64,000 bases of DNA from the NCBI RefSeq assembly GCF_009914755.1, contig NC_060939.1, one strand, 5' to 3'. The notes under the pieces are model-generated. The model searched no databases. It was not told where the DNA came from and saw only the letters and a program-made list of their open reading frames with translations. Within the stretch, counting starts at the first letter, position 1; every line of letters starts with the position of its first letter. This stretch comes from the human T2T-CHM13v2.0 reference genome, Homo sapiens. Position numbers and translations under genes: made by a program. This document shows, in pieces, positions 42,267-56,385 of the stretch.

Positions 42267-42418
42267 AGCTGGGTGCTGTGGCACACACTAGTAGTCCCAG
42301 CTCTTTAAGAGGCTGAGGCGGGAGAGTCTCTTGAGCCTAGGAATTGGAGTTCAACTTAGGCAACAGAGAGAGACCTTGTCTCAAAATAATAATGATGATG
42401 ATGATGATGATGATGATA
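42267..42418 (+). mobile_element. Alu monomer (FLAM-like) with (GAT)n tail
   Basis: gctgggtgctgtggcacacactagtagtcccagct...cttgagcctagga...gagaccttgtctcaaaa, followed by (atg)n. Confidence 0.85.
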
Positions 42419-43794
42419 TTGATAATTGATGCAAGTGTTGTTCTCACTTGAGTTACTAAACCTTCCTCCAAGAGAGGCTAGACTTTAATGGATCTGTTGA
42501 TCAATGTCAATTAATAGCTATATATCTGGGCCTTTGAGGAATAGGCAAAGAAACAGTGATTGTGGCTATTTTTTTTTTAGCTCTTTATCACATTAGATTA
42601 GCATTTCTCAGCAAGTCTTTTGTCAAAGGATATTTGTCCTGCAATTTGGATTCTCTGCTTCTAGGCAGTGGTGATGCCTCCCTTACATAAGAAAAGCTTC
42701 AGCAAGCGTTTTTCTTAAGTAAATATTTAAGCTTTCTAGAATGAGCTTTTTATTCTATTCAATAAATAAATTTGATAACCTTCTCCAGTTTCCTTGCACA
42801 TGATCAACTTATTCCAACATTTTCCTTCTTAATATTCCTTGTGTTGGAGTAAACCTCAGGCCAGCACAGTGCCTAGAAACAGCAATCATTCTGCTCATGG
42901 CTGCAAGTGCTTCTGCTTTAGAAGTCTCCTGGTGCTATGATAGTGTTTTTCCACCACTGTCAGTTCTCTTGGGGCAGCTCACTCATCCCTAGAATGAAGA
43001 AGCACCTAGAGAGAGTCTTTGTGCTGAAAGTATTGCATTTCTGTGGTTTATTCCTCAGACATTAGAAGGGGTTTTCTTTACTTCCTCCTTTTAAAAGATA
43101 CTGACATCTTCCTCCCCACCTCCCAAAAAAAAAGAATATTTTCCAGCTATAAGTTTAAATTTTCTGCATCTTACTGTGTACATATAATTGCTTTTGTTAG
43201 CAGTGTCTAAACAACATTATAGCTCAAATGTTGTGAATAGCTTCTATAGTTTTCTTCAGAAGAACTTTCCATCTTTTACCATAGCAAAATACCTTTTTAA
43301 TTTAAGAAAGGTTTATGCATTTTAACTTTATTTTATAATAACAGCTCTTAACACAAACAGGCAAGCTCTCTTTTCTCAAAATCTTTAAAATCTGAATATA
43401 TACACATTTAAAATCACACATGTGGTCCATAATTGAAACTTGCACCATCATCCCCAGAGTTAAATTGCGTTTTGGAAGAAAAAGCTTATATGGTGAGTCA
43501 GTCTCAGATTTTTAGAACTGCATAAAATGAAAATATTCCCACCTGCCTAAGTTTATAAAATATAGATTTTATGAGCTCTTGAGCCCTGATAGTCCCAGTA
43601 ACTTCAGTCCATAGTCTTTACATTCTCAAAGATTATTCCAAAATAGAGAATGCTTTCTGAGGTACACTCAATAACGGGGTATAAAGTCCTTAACTTTCAT
43701 TTAAGGCATAAGAGTTGGGAGGTAGGTAGCCTAGTGGGATTAGAATTGTACAACCTTGGGATAGGCATGGGAATGGGAACTCTATCTCCAGGGA

Positions 43795-44020
43795 TATTGA
43801 TGCAGTATGAGTCAGAAAGAGTTGGGTGTGAAATTTAGGGTTTAAATGTTCATCCCAGCGGTGTGATTGTGGGGAAGTGTTTCAGTCTTTCTGAGTCTTT
43901 CTCACCTGCAAAATGGCTTAAAATGTCTTCTCTAAAAGCACTGGTGTAAGGGATAGATGACATAGTATTTATAAAGCATCTTAGTGCAATGCCTGGTACA
44001 ATTGTATAGATAGTTTCATG
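43795..44020 (+). mobile_element. MIR SINE
   Basis: gagtcagaaaga...ctgagtctttctcacctgcaaaatgg...taaagcatcttagtgcaatgcctggtaca. Confidence 0.7.
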
Positions 44021-46044
44021 GATACATTTAAAATGTATATATGGATTCTATTCTTCTTTCTCTACTTGCCCATATAAGTTTTACCTAGTTCCTTTGTATT
44101 TCAATTGACTCACCTCTAATATGGTTGTACAGCCATTGATTATTTTTGTAGAAATCCAGAGAGTAGCCAACAGCATCAGATTTAAACATTCACCGTGTAA
44201 CTTTCTCCATTATAAACTATCAACAACTTTCCAGAGGTCACAAAGGTAGGCTTAAAAAGCATTTAACTGCACAAATACATAAATAAAATCTGGTTAAGAT
44301 GAGGTATAGATATTAATGACTGGCTTCACCTTTGAAGTATAACTACAATGCAAATAATTATGTGTTATCGATAATTGATTGGAAGTCTGTAAGTGAGCTC
44401 AGGTTTGCTGTAGGTTGATGAGATAATGTCTTTAAAGTGCTCAAAGGTCCTGAAATACAAACTACACACACCGTCTCCACCTATCCTGATGCTGTCCCAT
44501 GAAAACGTGGTCTTATCCAGTTCCACTGTACCCCATGAGGCCTGGTTGACCTGGGACATTTTCTAGAGGCGATAGTGGTTTTCTGCCTAGGAGAGCTTGA
44601 GAAGTCTTCTCATCCATGTCTTTGAGTAGGACTATATAAAACTATCATAGGGAGATGGCAGTCAGCCCTGTTTGAGGTGATGTGGTGTCACGGAGCAAAT
44701 GCAATGCATATAGAAGCCAGGCCACTGGGGACCGAGTTCATCTCCACCTTCTACCAGCAGACATAATGCCCCTGGAGAAGTAGACTCTGTGTCTACACAA
44801 TCTGAAATCTAGAGCCACGACAGTGAACACCACCCATATTTATTCCTGAACGAGGCAGTCTCAGGTAGCATGAATAGAGCATAAAGGGGGAAACTGAAGG
44901 CCTGATGCAGTGGTGTACTACTTTTTCTTTCCTTTGCTCACACCCATTCCTCATTCATGACATCCTCATATATGCGCTCTTTTTCTTTGAGGAGATGAGA
45001 GAAAAAGCAAAGGGGGGAGACAAGGACAGATTCTGTAAAGCCTGTAATTTTAGAATGCTACTTCAATTAATGAAATTTTAAACAGAAGGGAAGAATGCAC
45101 ACACACAATACAAAAAATGGAAAGAATAACTCTCCCATTTGGATCATTCATTAAACAAAAATTTGAGATCTTACTATGTGCAGGAACTCCTTCTTGCCCA
45201 TATATGAATAAATCGTCTTCACCCCTCAGGCCAAGCTCTTGCCTGGGTGTACCTGCCTAATCACATCATCCCTGGGAAAGTTCCTGCACAACTTTATATG
45301 CCAAACCTCTCAATTTAGCATTGAATTTCCTTTTTTTGTATTGTTTTTATAAAGTCTCGTGTACAGTAGATCTGTTTCTTCAAATAGGTAAAAAAAAAAT
45401 TCCTTGAAGGACAGAAACCATGCCTTACTTCGTTTGTTTGTCCCCAGAGCAGCTGGTACAGGAACGAATGTACATTGTTTCCTTCTCTAAGGACTGACTA
45501 CCTGCATGGCTAATACGGGAAAGGACAGTGAGGTTAATTGGGCTGACTCTGGTTGCCCAGCCTCCACTAATTCTCCTTTTGTGGAGAATACGCGTTAATT
45601 CCCCAGATTCCTCCTCTTCTCCCAGAGGAGCCTGCCTCTGCTGACATCTGCAGAGATACCCATACATCACCACAGAAATTTCTCCGCTTTCCTGTCACCT
45701 TTCTGTTGGCCCAAATGAGAGGTCCCAGTGGGCTATCTGCCAAGTTAAATGCTGTCTACATGGTCTTTCTGACACTTGCCATGACTTGTTCTTGCTGAGT
45801 CCTGTCCTTTTTGCTTTCTGTCCCATCCAGTAGAAACCTGCTCATCTCCCACTCTTGCTCCATCATCTCCCATATCCAGTTAGTCACCAGGCTTCATCTC
45901 TAACTTCTCAAGATTTTAAAAATCCATTCCCTTATCTCTATTCCTGCTGCTGCTACTTTAATTTAGGCCGTTGTCACCTCTTACCCAGTTGACTGCAAAA
46001 CCTCCTAATTTATCTCTCTGCTTCAGCCTAGCCCTCTTTATCTG

Positions 46045-47440
46045 TCTTTTTAAAATTGGCACATAAGAATTGTACATATTTTATGGGGTACAGTGTGATG
46101 TTTTGATTGATATATACAATATGTAAGGATCAAATCAGGCTAATTAGCACATCTATAGCCTCAAACCTTTATCATTTCTTTGTGTTAGAAACATTCAAAA
46201 TCTGCTCTTGTGGCTATTTTAAAATATACATTAAATTATTGTTAACCATAGTCACCCTAAGTGCTATAGAACACTAGAATTTATTATTCCTGGCTAGCTG
46301 CAATTTTACATCCATTAACCAGCCTCCCTCTCCCCACCCCTTCCCAGCCTCTAGTAACCACCATTCTACTCTCTCTACATCTATGAGATCAACTTCTTTT
46401 AATTCCACATGTGAGTGAGAATATGCAGTATTTTTCTTTTTGTGCCTAGCTTATTTCACTTAACATAATGTCCTCCAGACTCACCCATGTTGCCACGAAT
46501 GACAGGATTTTAATCTTTTTTATGGCTGAATAATACTCCATTATACATATGTGCCACATTTTCTTTATCCATTTATTTGTTGATGAACACAGATTGATTC
46601 CATATCTTTGCTATGTAATATGCAATAAGCATGGGAGTGCAGATATCTCTTCAATATACTGATTTCATTTTCTGTTCAGTAGTGGGATTGCTGGATCATA
46701 TGGTAGTTGTGTTTTAAGGACCCTCCATACTGTTTTGCATAATAGCTATACTAATTTACATTCCCACCAACAGTGTATAAGAGTTTTCTCTTCTATGCAT
46801 CCTCATCAGCATTCGTGATTTTTTGTCATCTTGATAGTAGGCATCTTAACTGGACTACTATCATTGTGGCTTTGATTTGCATTTCCCTGATTAGTGATAT
46901 GAGCATTTTTCAAATACCTATTGCCCACTTCTGTGTCTTCTTTTGAGAAATGTTTATTCAGACCATGTGCTCATTTTGTAGTTGAGTTTTTTTGGCGGGG
47001 TGGGGAGGGGGCTGTTTAGTTGTTTGAGTTCCTTGTATATTCTAGATATTAATTCCTTGTTGGATGAATAGTTTGCAAATATTTTCTCCCATCCTGCAGG
47101 CCGTCTCTTTACTCTGTTGTTTCCTTTTCTGTGCACAAGCTTTTTTGATATAATCCTATTTATTTTTGTTTTGTTGCCTGTGTTTTTGAGATCTTTCTTA
47201 TTCATAAAATATTTGTCCACACCAATGTCCTGAATCATTTTTAGATGTCTTCTTCCAACAGTTTTATAATTTCCAGTCTTGCATTTAAGTTTTTAATCCA
47301 TTTTGAGTTGATTTTTGTATATGGTGTGTGTGGGGTATTGTTTCATTCTTCAGCATATGCACGTTCAGTTTTCTCAGCACCATTTGTTGAAGAGACTGTT
47401 CTTTCCCCAGGGTATGTTCTTAATGCCTTTGTCAAAAATC
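46045..47440 (-). mobile_element. L1 (L1MA-like) ORF2 3' part and 3' UTR
   Basis: ttgtacatattttatggggtacagtgtgatg...; minus ORF NRVKRRPAGWEKIFANYSSNKELISRIYKELKQL is L1 ORF2. Confidence 0.93.
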
Positions 47441-47594
47441 CGTTTAGCCTTCTTAACACTGGACCTGCAATTCTTTCAAAGATGCAAATTTGATTATATC
47501 ATTTCCTACATAACTTGCTCTAATGGCACCCTATTCTCTGAAAATGAAGCCCAAACTCCTCCTTGGCAAGAGTACCCAAGACCCAGTCTAATAC

Positions 47595-47830
47595 CTACTT
47601 CTTCCTCAGCCTCACTTCTAACCTCCCCATGCTTACTCCCCTCCCTCTCTCTCCCTCCCCTTCCTCTCCCTGCCTCTCCTCCTCTCTCCCATTTTCTACC
47701 CCTCTTTACCTCTTTTCGCTCCATTTCCCTCCCTGTCTTCCATGCTTTTCTCCCCATCTCTCCCTCCTCCCCCTCCTCCCTCCTGCCACTCTTTCTTCCC
47801 CTCTGTCTCCTTCTCTCCTCTCCATTCCAG
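47595..47830. repeat. CT-rich low-complexity (polypyrimidine) tract
   Basis: About 235 bp of almost pure C/T on the + strand. Confidence 0.9.
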
Positions 47831-48049
47831 ACATCCTCAACTCTGTGTGCTTCCTCACATGTTTTCTTACCTCTGGGCCTTTTGTCTCATACTTCAAAAA
47901 TTATTCATTTGCTTCACTGACATTCCACTAAATCACACAATCCTGTAAGGCAGGGATTTTGCCTTATTTTTATACAAATAAGAACTTCAAAAATATATTA
48001 GTGAACATATAAGTGAGTTACTGAGTTTTGATTTCATTGCTGTTTTTTG

Positions 48050-48280
48050 GATATGCTTGACATTTGTTAAATATTTACTGTACACATCAGATCCTATTTT
48101 AAGCTGTTTAAGTAAAAAACCTTAGTTTATTTTGAGAAGTAGGTACTATTATATCTCCATTATACAGATAAGGAAACAAAGGCATGTGTAACAGAAACTG
48201 AGTTACCTGCATAATGTCATTCAGCTAGCGAATAGTCGATCAGAGATTTGACTTCAGGTAGTCCTACACTATAGTGTTCA
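48050..48280 (-). mobile_element. MIR SINE
   Basis: gtaggtactattatatctccattatacagataaggaaac... Confidence 0.8.
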
Positions 48281-51179
48281 CTCTTCACTGGTATCCCCTA
48301 TGGTGCCTTCAGAGCCATTGACACACCTACAAGGTGTATCACTGAGGCATGACTGTGTATGAACCAGATGGATTAACAGAGAAGAGACAGGGGCTCGTGA
48401 CCACGGGGAGAAGAAAGACGTGTTGAATAACAGGCAGGAGACTTGAGGAGTCATTGCAATCTGTCTACAGCCACAGCCATAATCAGCACCACACTCCTGG
48501 ATGATAGTCTTGAAGGACACAGGATCTGTTCAAGAAGACTTGAGTTGGGTGCTTACTATTCTATGTACTTGGGATACCAACAATAGAATAAGGCACAGAT
48601 TCTTTCAAGGGACCCACAGTCTGGTGAAACAGACAAACCTCAATGCATCAAGAACGATATAAGCCAAAACAGACTGCAGTTAACAGTACAACGGAGAGAG
48701 GTGATGGTCTTCCTTTGTGTAATTAACTCCCTACCTCATTTCCCTGAGGGCTTGGCTAGTGTATGCTAGCACAGTGCGAAGTGAATGTTGTGGATTGCCA
48801 GATAGAGAAATGCTAAATGACTACAAAACAGGGGCAGCAGATTCCTACTAGCCAGGATTCAATAAGCCCCAGAAAAATATGCCATTATATAGATTTATGG
48901 AGCATGGAGGATATATAGACCTTGCCTCCTACTGTTTTCCACATAGTGAGGCTAAGTGAATCCTAGTTCCTGGCTTATCCAGGGCCCTGGCCTCTCAAGG
49001 TTTCCTGTAGGACATTTGGAAATGTAGTGCTTCTCTAGGTTCAGGGCAGGGCTTGGGGAGAGTGATGAGGAGCTATTTCAGAACAGATGTCAACAGAGCC
49101 CTTCTCTCCATGCTGAGAGTCATCAAACACTTGCCCCGTGCCTGCCAGGTAGAGTGACTGAGGCCACAGGTTCCACAGCACAGACACAATGAGCTGGCCT
49201 CCTAGGGGACTCTCATGGCTACAAACAAATTAGCTTTAATGGACGAGTGGCCTTTGCTCATTCATCAGGAGTGTGGAGGTGGGAGTTCAGGCCAGTTTGG
49301 AGTTTAATTAAGGATGGCAGCTGGCATAGCAGGTCAGATGGCTCTGTGCTCCATTCATGTCACAAGTTTTTCGTTGTTTTGTTTTTCTCCAGACATTCCA
49401 GTTGCTCTGTTCCCTCCCTTACCACTGCCCACACATTGTTTTGTGTGCTGTTGGAGTGGCATGCTCTTATTTCCAAGTACAGAGAGTCCAGGCAGGGACC
49501 ACACACCAGAGGTACAGAAACTAAGCTGCCAGGAAACTCTGTAAACTAGTGGCAGGTACAGTGCTCCCATTTGAGAGGCTTCCTCTCCATGCACACTATT
49601 GTCCTGTTTAAATATACCCATTCAAACCAGTAATGAAATTGTGAGCACCTGGGGACTTTCAATACCTGGACTGAAAGGACAGCTATAATCATAGCATGCC
49701 TAGTGTCCCTATTATCTATTAGTGCTTCTCCTTCAAAATGGCTGATGGCAGAGACAAGGAGAGCTCCTGTCTCCTGTCTCAAACCAGACACAGGAAGGAA
49801 AGCAAGCTGACTTAGAATTACATGATGTCATGTAAGGGCAGAATCTTTAGCATTTGGAGCTATGAGGGTTTCTGTCTTAAAGAGAATAGACTGAATATGT
49901 TATTGTAAAAGTGGGCATTAATGTTGTGACCATTTAATTTGCCAAATTAAACTTTAAAGCAGACTTTAAAGGGCCAACCATAACTGCAGACATTCTTCAA
50001 TGGGAAATCTCCAAATCATTCATTCTGATGAATTGGAAGAGGAAGAAACAAGCAAACTATGGCTTTTATGCTTCCTGTTCTGGGAACATGAAATTCAGGT
50101 AGGCAGAGTGGTAGAAAAATCTCTATAAAATCTCCTGAGATGGCATCATATTTTGGAAGGCTAAGTTAGACAATATATGTTTATGGTATAAGGTCTTAAG
50201 GAAATGCTTTATCATATAATTGTATGCTATTTGTAATAATGCTGTATGTACTGTACAAACATTTCCTGGACATGAAGCTCTGCCCTGCATCACCAGCTGC
50301 CTGCTTGCTCAAGTCCCATACAAATAAGTTAATTACCTGCTTTGGGAACAGACTTTGAAAACAAAGGGAGCAACACAAAATAAAGGCGGTAATCCTCCTC
50401 TGTTACAATCTCTTCTTAGTTAATGGTTTTAATAAAAAAGGATTGGGCAAATTCCTGTATTGCCAGAATTCTAAGACTAGGTTTTTAGGATTTCTCAGCA
50501 TAGAGACCTTGAGTAGAAAAGTATTTAAGTAGAAAAGTACTCCCTCAAATCCTTAGTAGAAAAGTACTTGAAAATGTACGTCACCCAGAGCCAGTAGCCT
50601 TTGGAATAGGATTGTCCATTACTGGCTTAAAACTTTAATAAAGGAAAATTGTAGGCAGGTCCAGCAGGCCGATTATCTTATTTTTGAGAATGTTGCAGTT
50701 GGGAGGGGAGGAAGAATAAACACTCAGAAATTAAAGGGAACTTAAAGATGGTCAATTCCATTATTTTTATTTTAAAACTAAATGCTGAAGTTAGAGAGGT
50801 TGTCGGAGCCTTAGTAACAGACTTGGTTTAGCTTTTAAAGTGGAGCTCCGTGGAAACAGCTTTACCTGTTTTGAAGTGTTAGGCATGGCTGTCGGTAGTT
50901 TCTGGCCCTCATTCCTCATTCCTGTTGTTCTCATGGTATTGATGTTCTGCCAATATCATGTAGGAAACAAAGGATTGGTACACAGGTGATCACAAGCTGT
51001 ATTCTCAAGGAAAATGGTGTGTCATTGAAATGGGATTGTAAACTCCAGAAAGGCAGTGGTTTTGCTTTGTATTTCTTTGTATCTTTTCCAATATCAAGCA
51101 CTACGTAAATGAAATATTTGAATATTTGCTGATCTAAAATGTTCTCACAGTGAAGAAAAACTTTAATATTTTTCTTAGT

Positions 51180-51432
51180 GGCAGGAACAGTGTAGGGTTA
51201 AGCACATGGACTTTGGAGACAGACTGTCTGGATTTGTATCTGACTCAGCCAAATGTAACCCTTGGGCAGGCGACCTAAACTCACTGTGCCTTCGTTTCCT
51301 TGGCTAGAAACTGGAATATTAATAGTCCCTCTCTTATAGGATGGTTGTGAAGATTAAATGAGTTAACCTATGCAAAGCCCTTAGAACAGTACCTGGCATA
51401 AAGTACTCAATAAATATTAGCTACTGTTAGTA
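51180..51432 (+). mobile_element. MIR SINE, near full length
   Basis: gggttaagcacatggactttggagacagactg...gttgtgaagattaaatgagttaa...cttagaacagtacctggcata...ctcaataaatattagc. Confidence 0.9.
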
Positions 51433-52096
51433 TGCAAAGAAGGCTATCTTTAACTGTTAAGAAATGTCCCAGAATAGGCATGAATGTCACGATGTTAACT
51501 GGTCACTGTTAACTGATTCTAATAAATTGGAATGATTGTTATAGGGATCATCAATTCTTAAAGTTCTGGACATTCCTTTGATTATGCTATATTTATATAG
51601 CTCTTAACCCCCTCTGTGGCCTCTTTTTATACTCTATCTAGGTTTTCTTAACAAATAAATGGATTCTCTATTAGGGTCACTACTGTCTAGAGCCACATTA
51701 TGGTCTGTCCACTGCCCTTTTACAGATTATCGTGGATGAAATCCCAGTGGCTTTCTTTCTCTGGTCTCACCCAGACGTGGCTGTAGATCAGCCTTCCCTT
51801 CCTCTCCCTTCTTTGGCAAGGCTATATCTGTGTTCTTCCATATGAACCACCAGCCTTCCCTCAAGTCGATCCTGACATGTTGGAAACTATTCCCTTGATA
51901 TATGGGGCTTTTCTTACCATTCTTTAGAAACCAGCTTAAAACCCATCTTGAACAGGAGAAAGCCACCTTTTTGCGTTCCTATTCATCCATCCAACTGTCA
52001 TTTTGATTCATAGGCTCTTTGCCCTTGAGATGTTGTTGCGTGACTGATCTCTGACTGATATGAGTAGGTATCCTCATTCTGATTTTATTTCCACAG

Positions 52097-52204
52097 TACA
52101 TTCCTCCAGATCTCTGCGTCTGCAATTTTGTGCTGGAACAGTCCCTATCTGTCAGAGCCCTGCAGGAAATGCTTGCCAACACAGGTGAAAATGGCGGCGA
52201 AGGG
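52097..52204 (+). CDS. RYR3: Ryanodine receptor 3, coding exon 3 (36 codons)
   Basis: Translates [36 protein letters not shown], in frame with exon 2 and containing the RyR-conserved [19 protein letters not shown]. Acceptor ttttatttccacag| at 52096, donor GGG|gtgagt at 52205. Not in the ORF track. Confidence 0.97.
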
Positions 52205-52799
52205 GTGAGTACCCGAATTGTGTCCTAGGTTGGGATTGGGGTGCACCACATCCCCAAAATACGTTCTACATTTCATCCAACTTTGAACTGAAAAATTTTA
52301 AGACTGTTGAGATGATTCATATGGAGATAGTAAATCTTTCTCCCTGAGTTGAGTTGGTGTTATTCAGCAACCCTACTTCTGCTTCCTCTGAGTTAATCAG
52401 CTTCCACCAGAAAATGGACCACCACTAATGCTGCATGAGCAAGGCACAGGATGTTAAGCCTACTCCCCTCTCTTATCCCAGAATTCACCAGCGAATGTGG
52501 AGAGGCTGAGAGGGTCTTGAGATTGAGCATGCCTGTGAGGCAGTTTCTTTTTCCTTGGAAAAACCTCACTGGGGAGTTAGGACTGCTCCAATGGAGCACA
52601 ACCAAGTTACAACAGTTCAAACATGATTTCCTACAGAATTATGAGTCTTTGACATGTGTCCAGAACTTGATGGTTTCACTGATGATGAGCAAGTACAGAA
52701 TTGTCTTGAGTTTCCATTGTCAGTAAAATGATCCTTATAACTAAGAGACAAGCTCCATATTGCCTATGTCAGAAGGCTTTTGGGCAAGACTTTGGCCAG

Positions 52800-53590
52800 A
52801 TATTTCAAAATAATTTTTGACTCTTCCCTTTCCTAATGGCTCACATTCATTTTTATATATTTGTCATCAAATACTTTAATTCTACTGCCTGAATATCTCA
52901 AATTCAACCATTTCTCTCCACCATCCTCAATCCCCCATACTCCATTAGATGACTGTCCTCTACCTTTTGGTTACGGCAACAGCCTATTAATTGCTTTGAT
53001 TCCTCCTATACTTACCCCCTCCTCCCGTTTTTCCACTCAGCAGTTCTTTCCAAAATGCAAATACAATTATTACAGTTGCCTGTTTTAAAATCCTTTGTCT
53101 TCCCATTATTTTGAGATAAATTCCAAATTCCTAAACATGGCTTAGAGCCCTTTAGGAGTTGGTGAGCCCTGTTCACCTTTCCTGCCCCATCTCTCACCAC
53201 ATCCCACCAAGTACTCAGTATCCCAGCGACATCGAATTCCTCTCTCTGCCTCAAACATGCCAGTTCTCTTTTGCCTCTGATCCTGCATATCACCTATTCC
53301 TTCCACATGGAACAGCTTCCCTCCTCCTCTCTCACTTCCCTTATGTAATCCCTACGTATCCTTCAAGGAACTAGTTTAGTTATTAGATGAGTTGAGAAGC
53401 CTCTGCTGACCCCACAAGTCTGTTGCTGGGACAACATTAGGTACTTTTTCTGTCATAGCTCTTATCACTCTGTACTGTCATTGCAAGTCTTTTTTCTTCG
53501 CTACTGGAGAGTACACTGTCTGTGGGTAGAAACTGTTTGCAGTTACCTAGTAGCACAGTTTGTTCTCGCTTGAAGTTGTACATAATACGG
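52800..53590 (+). mobile_element. L2 remnant
   Basis: ttgactcttccctttcc...cacattca...ggttacggcaacagcctattaattg...ataaattccaaattcctaaacatggc. Confidence 0.7.
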
Positions 53591-53966
53591 ACATGTCTCA
53601 TTTGTAGTAGAAGAGACAATTGACCATAGAATCAAGAGAATCGATGTTTACATTTCGGCCATCCTCCAGCCCTTAATGTGATCTTGGGTACATCTAATCT
53701 CTTGGGGCCACAGTGTTCTGTGAATTAGATCTCTAAACCCCTTAATACCAAATATTTGTGTTTTTTCACTCTTTTGATTTATAGCAGTATGCTTTAGTAA
53801 GACAACTGAGAATAGTTTGCTTTGTGTCTTAGATCATTAACAAAGGTGAGATTTTTGTTCATTTAATGTTCTCCTCAGTCTGGGTTCATTTCCCTGTTCC
53901 TTGCATTGACCTCAGCATCTTATATCTTCCACATACTCTCAAACACTTCCAGTTTAGGGAAACTTT

Positions 53967-54257
<291 letters not shown>

Positions 54258-56169
54258 GGGAAACTTTTTTTTAATTGATCACTCTTCTTTTTCCAAGATG
54301 TATCATATAAAGAAATCTTTGCTGAGGGAGACCTAGTTGATTTTAAATATCACCACTTTCGGTATCAAACTAGACCCAGCCTACCATGGTCTCAGGATAG
54401 AAATTAAGAAGACAAAGACATACTATGTTAATTGGAGAATTATTTCTTGGTTAATCTCTTATCCTGTTTTGTTGTAAAAGTATATTTCAAAGGACTTCTT
54501 TTTCTTTATCATTTAGCTTGAGTGGTTCAGAGTCCTATAGATGAGAAAGTAAATTCAAAAGTTCTGGTTTTTCCTTGTTGCAAAGAACTTAATAGTCTTA
54601 ACTTGGTTTGTCTTAAGGGGAATAAGTAATCATTCATGTTCCAAGTAGAATGGAGGGACGCACTTTAATAAAATTGAGCTCTTCATTTTAGAATATATGA
54701 ATAAGACCTACCTTAATTACCAAGCATGTTATAGCAGAAGTTTGTTTAATATAATTATATATTTCAGAAGCCATTTATAAGTTACAACATGTAGAAACCA
54801 ATACATTAAATCTTATTTGAATAATCTACTCTTCTTTAAAAACTCATGTTCAAAATAAATGATCCATGACATTTTTGTTAATATCTATAGAATTATCATC
54901 ATCATCATGTTGAGTCAGACTCTGAAATTTTCCATATTGCCTTTTGTTCTATTTTTGCCAAAGAGAAGAGAGACCTAATAGTTATTTCCCACCTTGACAC
55001 ATTTATCACTATTATAAGGAGTAGTATTCACTGGAGATCTCAGAGAAAAGGGACTTGAGAAGAGAGATGGAACACAGATGGGAAGGTACTTTTTTCAAGT
55101 CATATTACTTTACTGTGCATTGATGACTCCACAAAATAGTTACCTGAACAGCAGCTTCAGGTACTAGAACCCTCTTGGAACTTTCTCACAATTCCGTCTG
55201 GGCTCTTAGTCTTTCGTATGAAAAATGCAAGTTTTATATCATCTCTGGAGTCTGATTATTTTGCTTTTCTGAAGTAATTACTGTACACATTTACTATTGG
55301 TATTTAATTTGATTTTAGAAGAAAATATTCAGCAGGGAAGAAAAAGAGGAAAAATAAAGAAGGAAGTGAGTTAACATGACAGAGCAGAATGATTCTCTGG
55401 AGAGCCTGGGGATGTTTGAGTGGGATGGAGCATTCTTTGCATGCCACTCCATTCTGTTTGGAAATAGCCATTTTCTGCTTTTAAATAGACATTGCTTTCA
55501 CTAATGATCATGACTGCCACCAAATGGGAGGCTTTGAAGAGTATAATTTTTCCTTCTAGTCAAAAATTGGTCCTGGTGTACTGTGTCTGTTCACTGCTGT
55601 GTAGCTACTGGACATTTTTAAAAATGACTTCAGCTGTTTACTCACGTGTTGAGTGTACAGAAGTCTTTCTGCAAAGATTACAATTCTGCAGCAATTTCTC
55701 TTGCTAACAAAGAAAACAAAATGCCCTAATTTAACAGCAAAGAGGTTTCTTTATTATTTAAATGTCATTAGCTGCAGCCAGTAGCACATGGAAGCCAGCT
55801 TCATATTGAGAAGGAGAATCAGTGATGAGGAGGACCTGGAGCAGAGAACATTTTGTGCCTCTCAGGGTCTGCCCTATCTCAGCTCCTCCTTGGATCACTT
55901 TACCTCTGATCTAATCCTATGTAATTTTATTCTGGGGAAAATTACCGAGGGATAGATGCTTGGCACTGTGGCCAATTTTATGGCTACAGTTTGAAGTAAA
56001 ATTCCTGCAATCAAATATTAGAGTATTTTCACATTTTCAATTGATTAGACCTACAGTGTCTACCAACCTTCAGCAGGACATGGAGCCAAAAGAGATGTCC
56101 CCACCTCCCTCTAAGCCCTCAATCCCCATCATCCTACAGAAATGACTTTAAAGTGAGAGCAAACAGCAT

Positions 56170-56385
56170 TTGTGATGAAAAAAATGCTCAGTCTTCAGTG
56201 TCAGGCAGATGTGTTTTCAGTCCAGCCTATATTGGACCAGGTGACCTCTGGGGCAAATTATTTCTCCTTTCTGTACCTTACTTTCCACATCTTCAAGATG
56301 CAATCTATCTCGTAGGACTGGGTGAGAATTAAATGAGATCAGTGCCTACAACTACCTGTGAGTTTGAAAATAAAAGTATTGGTTC
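56170..56385 (+). mobile_element. MIR SINE
   Basis: gtgtcaggcagatg...gtgacctctggggcaaatta...taggactgggtgagaattaaatgaga. Confidence 0.7.

Larger units (their letters stand above)
45780..48015 (+). mobile_element. L2 remnant interrupted by L1 (46045-47440)
   Basis: Pyrimidine-rich sense L2 (ccatatccagttagtcacca...cctcctaatttatctctctgcttc) resumes at about 47445 (tctttcaaagatgcaaatttgattat) and ends with an L2 tail near 48010. Confidence 0.65.

Noticed and set aside
47315-47920. Longest ORF (201 aa)
   Set aside because: It is antisense L1 plus L2 plus the CT-rich tract, which lacks stops by composition (S/P/L-rich).
51979-52182. Minus-strand 67-aa ORF over exon 3
   Set aside because: It is the antisense shadow of the coding exon, with no independent evidence.
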